Positions 25,670 through 38,200 of a stretch of DNA of 64,000 nucleotides are shown piece by piece. This stretch comes from Hormiphora californensis (Eukaryota; Animalia; Ctenophora): positions 2,418,001 through 2,482,000 of the forward strand of contig CM035355.1 of the NCBI GenBank assembly GCA_020137815.1, in the 5' to 3' direction. Under the pieces are notes generated by a model. The model did not search any database. It was not told the origin of the DNA and worked only from the letters and a program-made list of their open reading frames with translations. A program made the translations under genes and the position numbers. Numbering within the stretch: position 1 is the first letter of the stretch; every line of letters starts with the position of its first letter.

Positions 25670-26852
25670 GAAAAATATCTTAAGAAGAATCGTGAAAATG
25701 ATTTTAATTGGCATCTCGAACTTGTCAGATTGTTCAGACATCACTCTCCCGTGAAACAGATGGAAACCCCGTACGAAAATAGAAACTACAGTAACGAAAA
25801 CGTGACTATAGTCCCACAAGAAATCAAGGCCACGGTTACAGCTACTTGTACACGTCTCGACAAGGGAAGGGAGAGAGAGGGATCGGCTACTGCAACAGAG
25901 CTGAGGAAAGAAAGAGATCGCGTCTATAATATAGATAACCCCGGCTAGTAGAGGGATGAAATCTGATATACCACCCTGTCAGGGTGGTATATCAATACGA
26001 TATCCACGAGGAACGGAGTGACGAGGGGAATATCGTGTGATAATCCCCGTAGGGGATTATCAAATTTCATCATTTTACTAGCCGTGGTTATTTATTATAA
26101 AACGACCCCGGGAATTATGAAAGGTGTGAAAACAGAGGGAGGGAATTATTTGATATACCACAGTAGACTGCGGGAAATATCAGCAGGGGGGGTGGTTTAT
26201 AATAAAATCAGAAGTGAAAGAAAATAGCGTGCTCTTACTGCAATTTCACCCTGGGAGTCACTGCCAACACAGATCTCTATGATTCGATCTCAATATCATC
26301 CCCCCCCCCCAGCTCGAGGTATCAGATGGTTTCTCCTTGACAGAGATATCATAAAAGAGATTCTGTTTGTATAGAATTGTCGTGGTATCGGGTATAATTC
26401 AGCTTTTTTAAACAAAAGAGGTTGATTGTCGGTTGTATAGAATCATAAAAGCATGGCTGTAAAACTTTTTAAAATCACTCTTTCCTAGGAAATAGAAATC
26501 ATGGCCTTCCCATGTCAGCGTGATGCCTGACAGTACTTCCTTGGTTGATTCGCAGAATTTCTAGAAAGTGTGCAATTAAAATGTTCCTGGAGGAATGTCG
26601 TTAAGAATATTCCAGCATTATTTTAAATCACCGGTGCTCTTTAACTCCGTATGGTTACGGATTGTTACCTCAAACGCATTAAATAAGAGCGCTCAGTCAA
26701 ATTAGGCCGGTGAAAACGAGATCAGTAAAGCTGTGATTCCTTTGTTTAAGGGATCAAAAATATTAAGTTAGCACATTCTAGGCCACCTGTCAGATGGTAA
26801 AATTTGTACAAATTTAAATGACCCTCTTGAAAATTAAAAATCTCCTCAGTCA

Positions 26853-29490
26853 ATGATGATTTTTTCTTCTTCTGATCCTTCCTGCTCTGGCGAGCGCTGA
26901 CTTCGCATGGAGCTACAAGTGTAACGCCAACCAGGTCTGTGAGAGAGTTCCCCTCGCCGAGACAGACAGCGTCTACAACCCCCTACCTAAGTGTCGTCTG
27001 GAATGCAAGACAGGAGGAACTCTGTGGCCCTACCCCACCGGGGCAGTGAACATTAAAGGAGCCCTCAAGGTCCAACCTGCTAACTTCATCCTCCACTCCG
27101 TTCGAGAGGAGAGGACCCGGGAGGCCTTTGCCCTGTTCCAGTCTCGGTTTGCCAAACACACTGGTCCCTAGTGATGCCAAGGTGACAGTGATATTCCAGA
27201 TTGCTAATGAGATCAGTGAGCTGGACATGGCGACTGATGAGTCCTATAGGCTGATTGTCCAGGAGTTTGGGGCTACAGCTGCCCATGTGGTCATCACCGC
27301 TCAGACCTTCCAGGTATGTGAATGGTTGACATCAGGAACCGACCGAATCAGGAAATACTGGTCCCTGATTGGCTGATAACCAGTCACATGACCTAAACGA
27401 GTTATGATTGGTTGTTTACTTGTTTCGGTCGGTTCCTGGTTGACATGTCTCTCACAAGGACAGCTGCCGTAAACGAGATTTATTACAGCGACTTAGAAGT
27501 GAGGGGCAGTGTAGCATGTCAAGTGAACATGGGGATATTTGTCGAACGAAAAATTCATTTAAATCGGATAACTAGTCGTATGGCATATCTTGTTTTTAAG
27601 GTATGCCGTACGGGGTTAAACATAACGAGAGTACTTAAAATCTCATCCAGAGACTAGCTAACCAATTTAAAGTCTTCTTGAAGAGTAATTTTTCTAGACC
27701 AGGCCCTGAAAAATCTAGTACTAACTAGTATGGCTGTAGTTATATCGCAGCAGAAGTTCCTCGATACCCAATTCCCAGCCGTACGAGAACTATAATAGGT
27801 ATTTACCGTGATCCAAATAGTGCAGTACTGCCCTGAAAAATGTTAAGTACTCTTGTCTACTAGATATATCGATATAAGTCATTGTCTAGCTATTATTTCT
27901 CCCAAACCGAAGCCACCTATAATGGAACCTGTCCTGTGGTCAGTTCCTGATGGTGGGGGAGGGGAGGGGGGCTATTCTCCTAGTGCCGGCGAAATCGCTT
28001 TGCGATAGTCCCTTGGGGGCTTGCCGTTGGCAAGCCCAGGCACTCCGTAGATAGATAGATAGATAGCTATTATTTCTCACGCAATAAACCCTTCGTCTGG
28101 AATGCAAGACGTGAGGAACTCTACTAGATATTGATAAGTCACTGTCTAGCTATTATTTCTCACGCAATAAACCTTTCCCCAGGGAGGAAGGCACGGTCTG
28201 GAGACGCTCTCTCAACTGATCCAGTGCGAGGGAGATGACTGCTACATGTCGTCCCGAGTGGCCATCACTGACGGCCCAAAGTACCCCTGGAGAGGTGTAC
28301 TCCTTGATACATCCCGGAACTTTATGTCCCTGGACACGATCAGGAGGGTCATTGAGGGTCTCTCCGCGGCCAAGCTGAACACCTTCCATTGGCACATCAC
28401 GGACACCCACAGTTTCCCCTTCCACAGCAAGAGGCGACCCAGGATGACAGAGTGGGGTGCTTACTCTCCTGAACAGATCTATACCGAGGAGGATATCAAG
28501 GAGATTGTTAAGTTTGCTGATATCCGGGGAGTCCGGGTGGTTCCTGAACTTGATGCCCCCGCTCACTCCGGTAATGGCTACCAGTGGGGAGAGGAGGAGG
28601 GCCTGGGAAAACTTGCCGTGTGTGTCAACAAGGATCCATGGGAGAAGTACTGTGTGGAGCCTCCCTGTGGTCAGATGAACCTGGCCAATCCTAACCTGTA
28701 CGATGTGGTGGAGGATATCTACCGGGACATGCTAGACAGTTTCACCGGGACTGCATTCCATATCGGGGGAGATGAGGTTAACTTCAACTGCTGGAACACC
28801 ACCGAGGAGGTCACTGACTACATGACCGAGAAGGGATACCCCAGGACCGAGGATGGCTTCATGGAGCTGTGGAATGAATACCAGGAGATGGCCCTGGCGA
28901 GGTTCCAGAAGGCCAACAATGGGAAACTCAAGGACATGATCCTGTGGACGTCTCACATGACGGAACCCCAGTTCCTGAAGTACCTTGACCCCAAGGTGTA
29001 CACTGTCCAGTACTGGGAGAGGAGTGACAACAAACAGCTGCCCAATCTGGTCAACAAAGGATTCAATGTGATCATGTCGAACTACGACGATCTATACCTG
29101 GATTGTGGATTTGGTGCCTGGGTTGGCGAGGGAAATAACTGGTGCTCCCCTTACAAGGGCTGGCAGAAGATCTACCAGAATGATCCTAAGAAGTATCTCG
29201 CTGCTCAGGGTGTCACTGACCCTGCAAAGTGGAAGCACATCGTGGGAGGGGAGACTGCCCTGTGGACTGAACAAGCCGGGGATCAGAATGCCCTGTCCAA
29301 GATCTTCCCCCGAACCTACGCGCTGGCTGAGCGGTACTGGAGTGACCCAACCACGGGTTGGTTTGAGGCTGAGCCCAGGTTGGTGTACTTCACATCTGCG
29401 ATGGAGAAACAGAGAGGTGTCTATGGAAATACCCTCAAGCCTGAGTGGTGTGTACAGAGCGAAGGTATCTGCAAATTGAACGATCTATAA
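26853..29490 (+). CDS. Secreted GH20 beta-N-acetylhexosaminidase (chitooligosaccharidolytic Hex1-like), 2 exons (26853-27313, 28183-29490); two +1 T insertions in exon 1
   Basis: Signal peptide MMIFLLLILPALASA; LWPYPTG; TDESYRL; GGRHGLETLSQL; DGPKYPWRGVLLDTSRNF; FHWHITDTHSFP; PELDAPAH; catalytic FHIGGDE; LYLDCG; GGETALWTEQ. Confidence 0.95.
27333..27438. mobile_element. hAT-like MITE, copy 2 (opposite orientation)
   Basis: Same TIR as copy 1; 8-bp TSD gttgacat on both sides. Confidence 0.9.
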
Positions 29491-29739
29491 ACTTGATATA
29501 ATATTAAAGTGCTGAAATGCTAGTTTTGGTTTTCAAATAATATAACATATCACAAAAGTAGTTCTGTTTACTGTTTACTAAAGCTAACGAGATGATAGAA
29601 GTTTCTTAGAAACACACCATATGATTGGGATAGGAATGTTGCACCTTGTTCAGCTTGGTACTTGGCACATGTTCCATTCCCAGAAAAATACTAAGCTTGG
29701 AACGTGAGGACGTGCGAGGGAGATAGTGAAAGAAAGTGA

Positions 29740-29872
29740 GATAGAGATAGAGATAGAGATGGAGATAGAGATAGAGATAGAGATAGAGATAGAGATAGAG
29801 ATAGAGATAGAGATAGAGATAGAGATAGAGATAGAGATAGAGATAGAGATAGAGATAGAGATAGAGATAGAG
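29740..29872. repeat. (GATAGA)n hexanucleotide microsatellite
   Basis: Directly visible. Confidence 0.95.
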
Positions 29873-30755
29873 TCTAAGTACAAGAGAGATTATATTCAAA
29901 AGTGCAGGTTTCGATAACCAGTTTAGTGACAGCTCCAACAAGCTTCCGACTGTTTTAATTAGACACACTCTGAAAGTTACCACAGCGGTAATTCATTAAA
30001 CTAAGTTGTATGGCCGCTAAGAGATATGTTATTTTCAGGAATTCGTACAGGCACCTCAGATGCTCCTATATAATACACTCTAGAAGGGGGATATATAGAA
30101 AGGGACTATGCTCCTTTATTATTTTTATTCAAGCAATCCGATAAACGCATTCCGAATGATATTGATAGCTCAATAAAAAACTCCTGTCGGAAACTTCTCA
30201 TTACTGCAGTGCAAGGCCAATGAGCTTCATTGGTCGGTACAATGGAATAGGAAATTATCGAAAACAAATAAGAAAACTCGAATCTGATCATCATAAATCA
30301 ATTATAATGATAGCGGGATAATAACAGCATAAAATATTATCGGACCAACACACATTGGAGACAGCTATATCCGAATATGTTGTTATTACAAGCTTCAGTA
30401 CTCAATAATCTTTATCTATAAATTTCTATTATTAGATCGGTCATTGTGTCCAAATTATGTATCATATGGGTATTGGGTATAATGCTACAAGTTGTAGCAC
30501 ACCCAATACCCGTTGTAGTACAACTGTATTTCTACTACAGACAAGAAAACCCGCCCGGTGCATTAAGAGTATCAATATCTACAACCCTCCTTTACTGATT
30601 GATGATTCTTATAATATGATGAAGAGGAATAGTTCGGTAAATTTCTCTCGATAATCGGGACATGATTTAATTTTTTCCGACCTTACAGGCTCCTTCAGAA
30701 AGTCTTTCGAAATTATGTATATTTGTGAAATGTAGTGTATAAGCTAGACTGATCT

Positions 30756-32170
30756 TTAAAGAACGGTGCACCAGTTTTGCTTAGGTCCATTTCCATTCTG
30801 TGCCCCTGGATCTTCGTAGTACCGGGAAATAAACTGGTTCTGGATGGCCAGTAGTTTACAGAAGGCCCGTGTCGTGTTGTCCACGTCAAAGTTGAGAGCC
30901 TCTGAAAAGGGAGGGGTTGATTGATAATCAAATTTCCATCTACCACGAACTTTCATGACAATAGACGATCTATCATCCAGAGCCTTCTGACTTCTCTCCC
31001 TACAACTCCCTCAACTGATATACATTGACAAAATTGCCTTGTACCTCATTTGAATTCTCCCGATCAGATCATGTCAGCCATGAAAAGCCATGGATCACTC
31101 ACCTCGTGTCCCATTCTTCTTGTACCGGTAGAGTTCCTGCATGATCACATCCTGTATGTATGCCATGAGCACCTGCACGTGAATCAGCTCAACTTTGATC
31201 ATATTCCGGTGGATCTTTCCCATACGATCTAACTCCGCCAGCATGGTACCGTCGTAAGGTTTACTAATCAACCTGTGTGAGAGAGCTGGTGAAATATGTA
31301 TTTACTGGCAAAAGTTAGGATATATTCATAATGACGTCATATATGTATTGGATACGGGATTTTCACAAGCAAGCCCAGCTGTCATGTCAGAGCATTGGCC
31401 TGACCCTATTCTCATTTCTCTCAAATAAGCGTGTGAGAACTGCGGTCAGAGCATTGGTCTGACACTCGTAAAAGAAGAAGAAAAAGCAAGGCAAATATTA
31501 CCTCATAATGTAGAGTTTCAGAGAGAGCTTCCTCATACCTCCTTGAGGTTTCTCGTCATCGTAAGATTCCAGTGACTCTTTTGCAATGTCCATGTGCAGA
31601 TCGTGCTTCAGACGCTCTCGGTAGAAAATCTAACAAGATACATGTACATGGTTTGAGAAAAGTGGTTTCTCTCATCCGCCCCTTACTTAATAAATATTAT
31701 GTCCGTGTTTATGGTGGAAAATGTTCAAATTATTAATAGGCCTTTTCGGATTTTGAAAGCTGCAATTATAATATCACCATGTTGTTAAGATTATAATATC
31801 AGATCAGTTAAGATCTGTCCCTTACCCTTTTGGTGCTGGAGAAGGCAAATAGTTTCTCATAGACACGGTCCACAATGAATGGTACCCGTGGGGCTAGTGG
31901 CTTTTGTGCACCTATAAAATTAACTGTTTACTTGTTGTTGTTTACTTGTTGTTCAACAACTGTTTACTGGAGAGTGGAGGATATACTGCCAGACCGTTTC
32001 CAATAAATTTTACAACTTTACATCAATTTAAATATGTACTGAGCCCGATCAGTGATTACGTTACCGTGTATAAGTTTGATGTCGGTTTCATCGAAGTCCA
32101 TGAACTTGCACATGTACTGATACCGATAAAGTAGATCAGTGTATAGCTTGCCCTCGTCCACTTTCTCCAT
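30756..32170 (-). CDS. Sensor-type (protoglobin-domain) single-domain globin with C-terminal CaaX, 5 coding exons (~32170-32066, ~31912-31827, ~31629-31502, 31272-31103, 30901-30756)
   Basis: Spliced product: MEKVDEGKLYTDLLYRYQYMCKFMDFDETDIKLIHGAQKPLAPRVPFIVDRVYEKLFAFSSTKRIF...MRKLSLKLYIMRLISKPYDGTMLAELDRMGKIH..IKVELIHVQVLMAYIQDVI...TTRAFCKLLAIQNQFISRYY...NWCTVL*. All junctions are GT-AG and in phase. Motifs parallel fungal protoglobin-domain proteins as I recall them (YLDKVGxMH; RAFNKLLWIQND). Confidence 0.85.
31385..31464 (+). mobile_element. 70-100-bp dispersed element bounded by two direct copies of gtcagagcattggcctgac; copies at 41849-41911, 42171-42197 (reverse, partial), 42698-42764, 43001-43099, 50874-50952
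   Basis: Shared layout tgtcagagcattggcctgac-cctattctca-(variable)-gagaactgtg-gtcagagcattggcctgaca. Confidence 0.75.
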
Positions 32171-32390
32171 GTTCTGATTTTGAAAAGAGAAATTCGATAT
32201 TATTTCTTAATTGCTTACAGAACAACTTACAAAAAGTATGGGTACTTTTGTCAAAATACGTGTGGCGGCGCTGTGCAGGTATGTATACCATTAGAAGTAC
32301 TTTTGACAAGCATGATACCCGGGTACCTTTTGTAAGTTGGTCCCAGGGTCCCAATCTAACTATATCTAATGCAAATTTGCACGGAAATGT

Positions 32391-32487
32391 GACACCCTAT
32401 CGTCAATGTGACGACGTGATCCGTCAATGTGACGACGTGATCCGTCAGTGTGACGACATGATCCGTCAGTGTGACGACGTGATTCGT
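32391..32487. repeat. 21-bp minisatellite (~4 copies) just upstream of the globin gene
   Basis: Unit cgtca(a/g)tgtgacgacgtgatc. Confidence 0.85.
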
Positions 32488-33060
32488 AGGTATCACGTAT
32501 CACACGTGTTGAGAACTGCTTGCGACTTGAGGGGTCACATCACATGTATAAAAGGGAGAGAAAGAGAGAAAAAGAGAGGGATCACATCACATAGCAGACA
32601 GGCAGAGACAAAACATAGAAACAGACCCCTTGATTTGCGATCGGTACGATCGCCCCAGTTTTACTAGTTACAATAATATGAAACGATCAGGGGTCGAACC
32701 CAACAAAGAATTAAACATAATAAAACGATCATGCTTGTGAACCAAAAGGCCGGCTACGTCAGTTAATTATAAATTTGATTAATTGCACTAAATTACGTGT
32801 TGTTTGTACTGGGTCTCGTGTTCCCCTACAGCTGCATACATGTTGGCACTGGTTGCTCGTTCCACTGGTTTTTTAGACCTACTGCTGCTACTATAATGTG
32901 TTCATGTGTTGCAAATTAGTGGTTTGGCCGGTTACAAATGCACATTATAATCAGATGATACAGCCCGGAGAGATATCAATGTCTGTTGTAATGCTTTCAG
33001 AAATAAAAACCTGATAATCACTCCTAGATTGTGAACAATATTTCCCAAAGAACAATATTG

Positions 33061-33130
33061 GTTGGTGACATATAGACACCTGGCGTGTGTGAGCTCAATC
33101 TTGGCTGCGCACGGTGTCTATGTCACCAAC
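33061..33130. mobile_element. ~70-bp hairpin MITE
   Basis: gttggtgacata(ta)gacacc ... ggtgtctatgtcaccaac, flanked by the direct repeat aatattg. Confidence 0.6.
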
Positions 33131-33867
33131 AATATTGGCATATTGCCCAAAGAACAAATCTTTTCGATCCCTCCAATATAGCACACAAATAACAGCCCTA
33201 CATGAGATCTCTCTTCGATCACCAGCAGCAGTTTGGTGGCTGGTGATCTTGGTGTGCATGTCATTTGCAGGTGCTTAGCTTAACACAATGGTTCTGTAAT
33301 CGATAATGCAGGCACTATGGGGGGCACAACAAATAACGATCAGTACGTGTGATATATGCATTTAAAGGAGGAGAGATAGAGAGTGGGTCATGGGTGGATG
33401 AGAGAGAGAGTGAGAGGGAAAGAGAGAGGGAGGAAGACAGAGAAAGAGAGAGAAAGAGCTAGAGGTAGGTGGAAGAGTGAAGCGGGATAGAGAGACACTC
33501 AGAGGTGAGAGATCAGCAGGAGGGGTTCAGAGCAAGATTATTCAGAGAGCCTGCAAAGTTCTGCGCCTTTGTGTGACATCAAGATCTCCAGCCTCCCAGT
33601 TAGAGATATAACGCGATATAAAGCCGGAAGCAAGACAGTACAGTTAAGAGTTTGAGCAGGGGTGTAATTGTACACAATTTCACTATTCAGCTCTTATCAC
33701 ACAGTGGGAAGTGAGGGTTTTGATACGGCACCTTGCCTTGATACTCAAACACGTAGGTACCGGTTGTGAAATATATGGGGACTCAGAACAGTTGAAGAGG
33801 AAGGAAGTTGAGAAGGTGTAGGGGTAATTATACGGGCTACAACACAACGAGGAGCGCTATCATAGCC

Positions 33868-34946
33868 GGGGGGGTTCCAACCTATTTTTTTGTATTTTTT
33901 GTATTTTTTTGTACGGACCATACATAAAAGTATCCAAAATTCCTGTTTTTTTCCATACAAACAATACAAAAAAATACAAAAAAATACAAAAAATAATGAA
34001 GGATGTGGGTGCGTGAAAAAAGTATAAATAATACATGTACATGAACATAAACGGAACCCAGCTATACATAAACGGTAAGAAATTGCGATTCGGGGAAATT
34101 TCTCGCTTAGAAAATACGATTCGAGAAAATTTTCTCGGTAAGAAATTGCGATTTGGAGACAATTCTCGCTTAGAAAATACGATTCGAGAAAATTTTCTCG
34201 GTAAGAAATTGCGATTCGGGAAAATTTCTCGCTTAGAAAATACGATTCGGGAAAATTTTCTCGGTAAGAAATTGTGATTCGGGGAAATTTCTCGCTTAGA
34301 AAATACGATTCGGGAAAATTTTCTCAGTAAGAAATTGCGATTCGGGGAAATTTCTCGCTTAGAAAATACGATTCGGGAAAATTTTCTCGGTAAGAAATTG
34401 CGATTCGGGGAAATTTCTCGCTTAGAAAATACGATTCGAGAAAATTTTCTCGGTAAGAAATTGCGATTCGGGAAAATTTTCTCGGTAAGAAATTGCGATT
34501 CGGGGAAATTTCTCGCTTAGAAAATACGATTCGGGAAAATTTTCTCGGTAAGAAATTGCGATTCGGGGAAATTTCTCGCTTAGAAAATACGATTCGAGAA
34601 AATTTTCTCGGTAAGAAATTGCGATTCGGGGAAATTTCTCGCTTAGAAAATACGATTCGAGAAAATTTTCTCGGTAAGAAATTGCGATTCGGGGAAATTT
34701 CTCTCGCGATTTTGGCATGCTACATATGTAAAATATGTATATATTTTGTGCTAAATTGCGTGAAATAGCGTGGAAGAATGTTTAAAAACAGTAAAAGTTC
34801 GAACAATAATGGTAAATTACCATATAAAACTGTTTTTATTTTTTTGTACTTTTTTGTATTTTTTTGTATTTTTTTGTATTTTTTTGTTTGAGGAAAGCCC
34901 TGTTTTTTTCCGTACAAACATACAAGAAATAGGTTGGAACCCCCCC
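33868..34946. mobile_element. Merlin-like non-autonomous element carrying an internal 63-bp tandem array (34073-34703, ~10 units)
   Basis: TIR gggggggttccaacctattt; 8-bp TSD tcatagcc at 33860-33867 and 34947-34954. Confidence 0.85.
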
Positions 34947-35209
34947 TCATAGCCCGTACTATGTTTCCATATTTGACATTAATTGTAAACCGTGGATTGT
35001 GGGGCACTGAATATGATGCATCTCTCGATGTTTCCCACGCTTCCCAATTAAATGGGAAGTTCCCATGCTTCTCGGAAAACTAAACCAGTTTTCTATAAAG
35101 TTAAGAATTAAAAGCAAATACACTTTTACAATTAATATCAAATCTATCAATCGATAGTTTCTTCATTTCTGATTACAGTTTTGATAAGTCTCTGTATCTA
35201 TATCCGGGG

Positions 35210-38200
35210 TTATACCAAGCTATCAAGACTGTCAATTGATTGTGAAAACGAGCTAGTAGCGTGTTTCCTCAGGAATTTATTGGCCATCTCCCTTTCCGCT
35301 CTCTGCTGTAAACGTACTCTGAAAGAAGGGGTGTGGTTTTGGATTTACAACTATGAACGGAGTTAGGAGAGTGGTTACTGGTCAGTCATCACGATGACAC
35401 TGGTGGGGGCTAGTTGCCAATAAATAGAATTATTAGCTGTCACCCTGTCATATGCCTATGCTCTGTCGACAGCTGTTACCTGACGGGTATGGTAGAGTTA
35501 TCGAATGCAGCCCGGATTAGGGATGTCAACAGAAGGAGGGTTGAGATGAGGATGACACTCAGCATGGCCTGATAGCTGTCAGGGTAGTACTGGGCCCAGT
35601 CTATCACCAGTTTAGCACCATAGGGTGACCTGGACAGCGGGGGGAAATGGTGCTGAGAATGCGTTAAATTATATGGAGGGCTTTTTGGGTGGAATGAGAA
35701 TCGTATTTTTACATGATCGAGCAATGCAACAATTCAACATGTTGTTTTGTACAGATTGTACCTGAATGTGATTATCCAAACGTTGGTACAAATAGCGACC
35801 ATATTTACGAAATCCACTAGTGTTTCCCAGCACCCAATACCCTCCTGGCGGCGTGGTACGGACCTTCTCTGCCATTTGACGTACCTGAAAATCAGAAATT
35901 ATCAAACCATTAAATAGTTTCAATTCCCCCATCACCCCTGTTCAAATCATATAATAAATCATATTTTTAGATGCATGGGCTGGCACGACGTATATTTTAT
36001 AGATGCGTTTTGAAATGAACACTTTCGTTCTTGGAAAGGTGGAGAATATTCTCCGCAAAACCCAAGTTTTATAATATTTCATGTCGGCCGTGACTGCAGT
36101 TATACAATTTAAAGACTGCATTATGTTCCATAATTCTATGTTTCCGGTGGGACAGACATTTCCGATGATTTATATATCCCAAGATACAATATTGATAGTC
36201 GATTCAGCACTAGAGAGAGCTCAATCGATCCAGTTAAGAACCGAGAGCAGCAAACAAATTGAAATTGATAAAACTTGTTTCAATTTGTTTATTATCCGAA
36301 GATACTGATATAACTTCTTACCTGCAGATATCGAGACGTCTCACTCCCAGTTCGATGATGAAGGCGACCAGGGGCGCCAGTGGAAATGAAGCTGCGAACA
36401 TGACCACAAACCCGTACTGTGCTACACGGATATTCATCTCAATTATGGAGGATCTAACCTCTTTACCGAATCTGAGGAGATATATCAGGTAAGGACAGAT
36501 TTAATTAGATTTATCGTTTGGTTTCTAAGGTTTTTTGTTGAAAAAATTTCTCGTTCACTTACGAGAGACCCTCAAATAGTTGGTATTGTCTTTTCACTTC
36601 ATCAGTCGTTTGTGTCTTGAAAAGTGGCTGCTTGAGACAGAAAATAAGAAACCGGACCAAGCTTAGAAAAGGTCTGGCCAACAGGAAAAACAAAACCTAA
36701 AACGATAATGTTCTGGTTTAGGAAATTCAGAATTTTCGCAATTAGCTATATAGCTACATGTGTTGACGATGAACAACTAGCTATTACCTGATATGAAATT
36801 GCTTGGGAGCACTTTCCCTCCGCACAGAACTCAAAATCATCATCTTTACCAGTAAACACATTCCGGAGGGTGAATCTCGGTATAACGAGCATCATGAGAA
36901 CTCGGAGGTTGTTGTTTAGGAAACTGTTGAAAAACACTCGCCTTGTCAGTGCCGCTTCGTAGTCTGAAACAAATTCCGTTGTTATGGTTACAAAACACAG
37001 TTTGAGTGGTTGTTGTGGTTACCAGTTGTAACGTACGGAAAAAAGTAATGGTATATAATAGTACCTGATTCAAAGTAGTGACGTTCAAAGTTTGTCAGTT
37101 TCAGTGAGAAATACTCGAATAGCGGGTTGACACAGCTGGTGACAAGGATCGCATTGACAAGTGAGACCAGGACACTCGCCACGAAATCTCCCACATCCTT
37201 GTCCAGCATCTTCTCCCCCACAATCAGGGACGCAAAGGTCCTCTGGATGTAAATCATTGAGAGACAGTAGACCACACCCAGGAGCATAAGGATAAAGGTG
37301 ATAAGGCTGGTGAAGCTGTAAATTACCCAGCTACCGATATTCGGTATTTTCCTCATCAGCACTGCCTTTTCCCGGATACGCTCCTCAAGAAGGAAGTAGT
37401 TTAGGGAGCCCCATTTGAAGGAGTAAATGTACTTGAACCTGAAATGGGAAGGAGTAAATGTACTTGAACCTGAAATGAGAAGGAGTAAATGTACTTGAAC
37501 CTGAAATGGGAAGGATTAAATATACTTGAACCTGGGAAAATGAATTGTTGCAGTTTTGTGGAAAAAGAAATTTACCCTAGATGGCGAGATGTAATTTTTT
37601 TCTCCGTATATAAAATGGTCCTATTTGCATCTACCTACGCTAGATGTATATGCATATGATAGTAGCAAGGAAGAGGGGTACGTTTTATCTCGCTCTTGTC
37701 GTAGTTTAGTAGTTAAAGTAGGTTTAAGTAGGTAGGACCAGAATCATTTAGGAAACCAGGACCTCTAAATATTCTTATTTGGGGATATATTCCTGCTCCA
37801 AATGATGCTGAATAGTTATAGTTCCAGAAACCCAAAAGTAAAAGTACTCATCGCCATAATTATCACATACGCGGGACTCAGGTTGGTATGAAGGTTTGCT
37901 GAGCTTATACCACGGTAACAAACAAACAAACAAATAATAGTTTAGATTGTGGTAAAGGGTGGAAACTGAGAATGGGGTGGGGATTGGGGATACGTCCTGG
38001 GTATTTGAGGTCAAAACTTGTGACCTCCCACACACGTGTCCTCACCCCTCCCATACCAAGAAACTAACCTGCTCCAAATGATGGAGAAGAGTGAGACCCA
38101 GATGCAACAAACTAACCTGCTCCAAATGATGGAGAAGAGTGTCACCCAGATGCAATAAACTAACCTGCTCCAAATGATGGAGAAGAGTGTGACCCAGATG

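Noticed and set aside
34035-34768. Repeat-protein ORFs; also 55810-56623
   Set aside because: By-products of 63-bp and 78-bp units that are multiples of three; no independent coding evidence.
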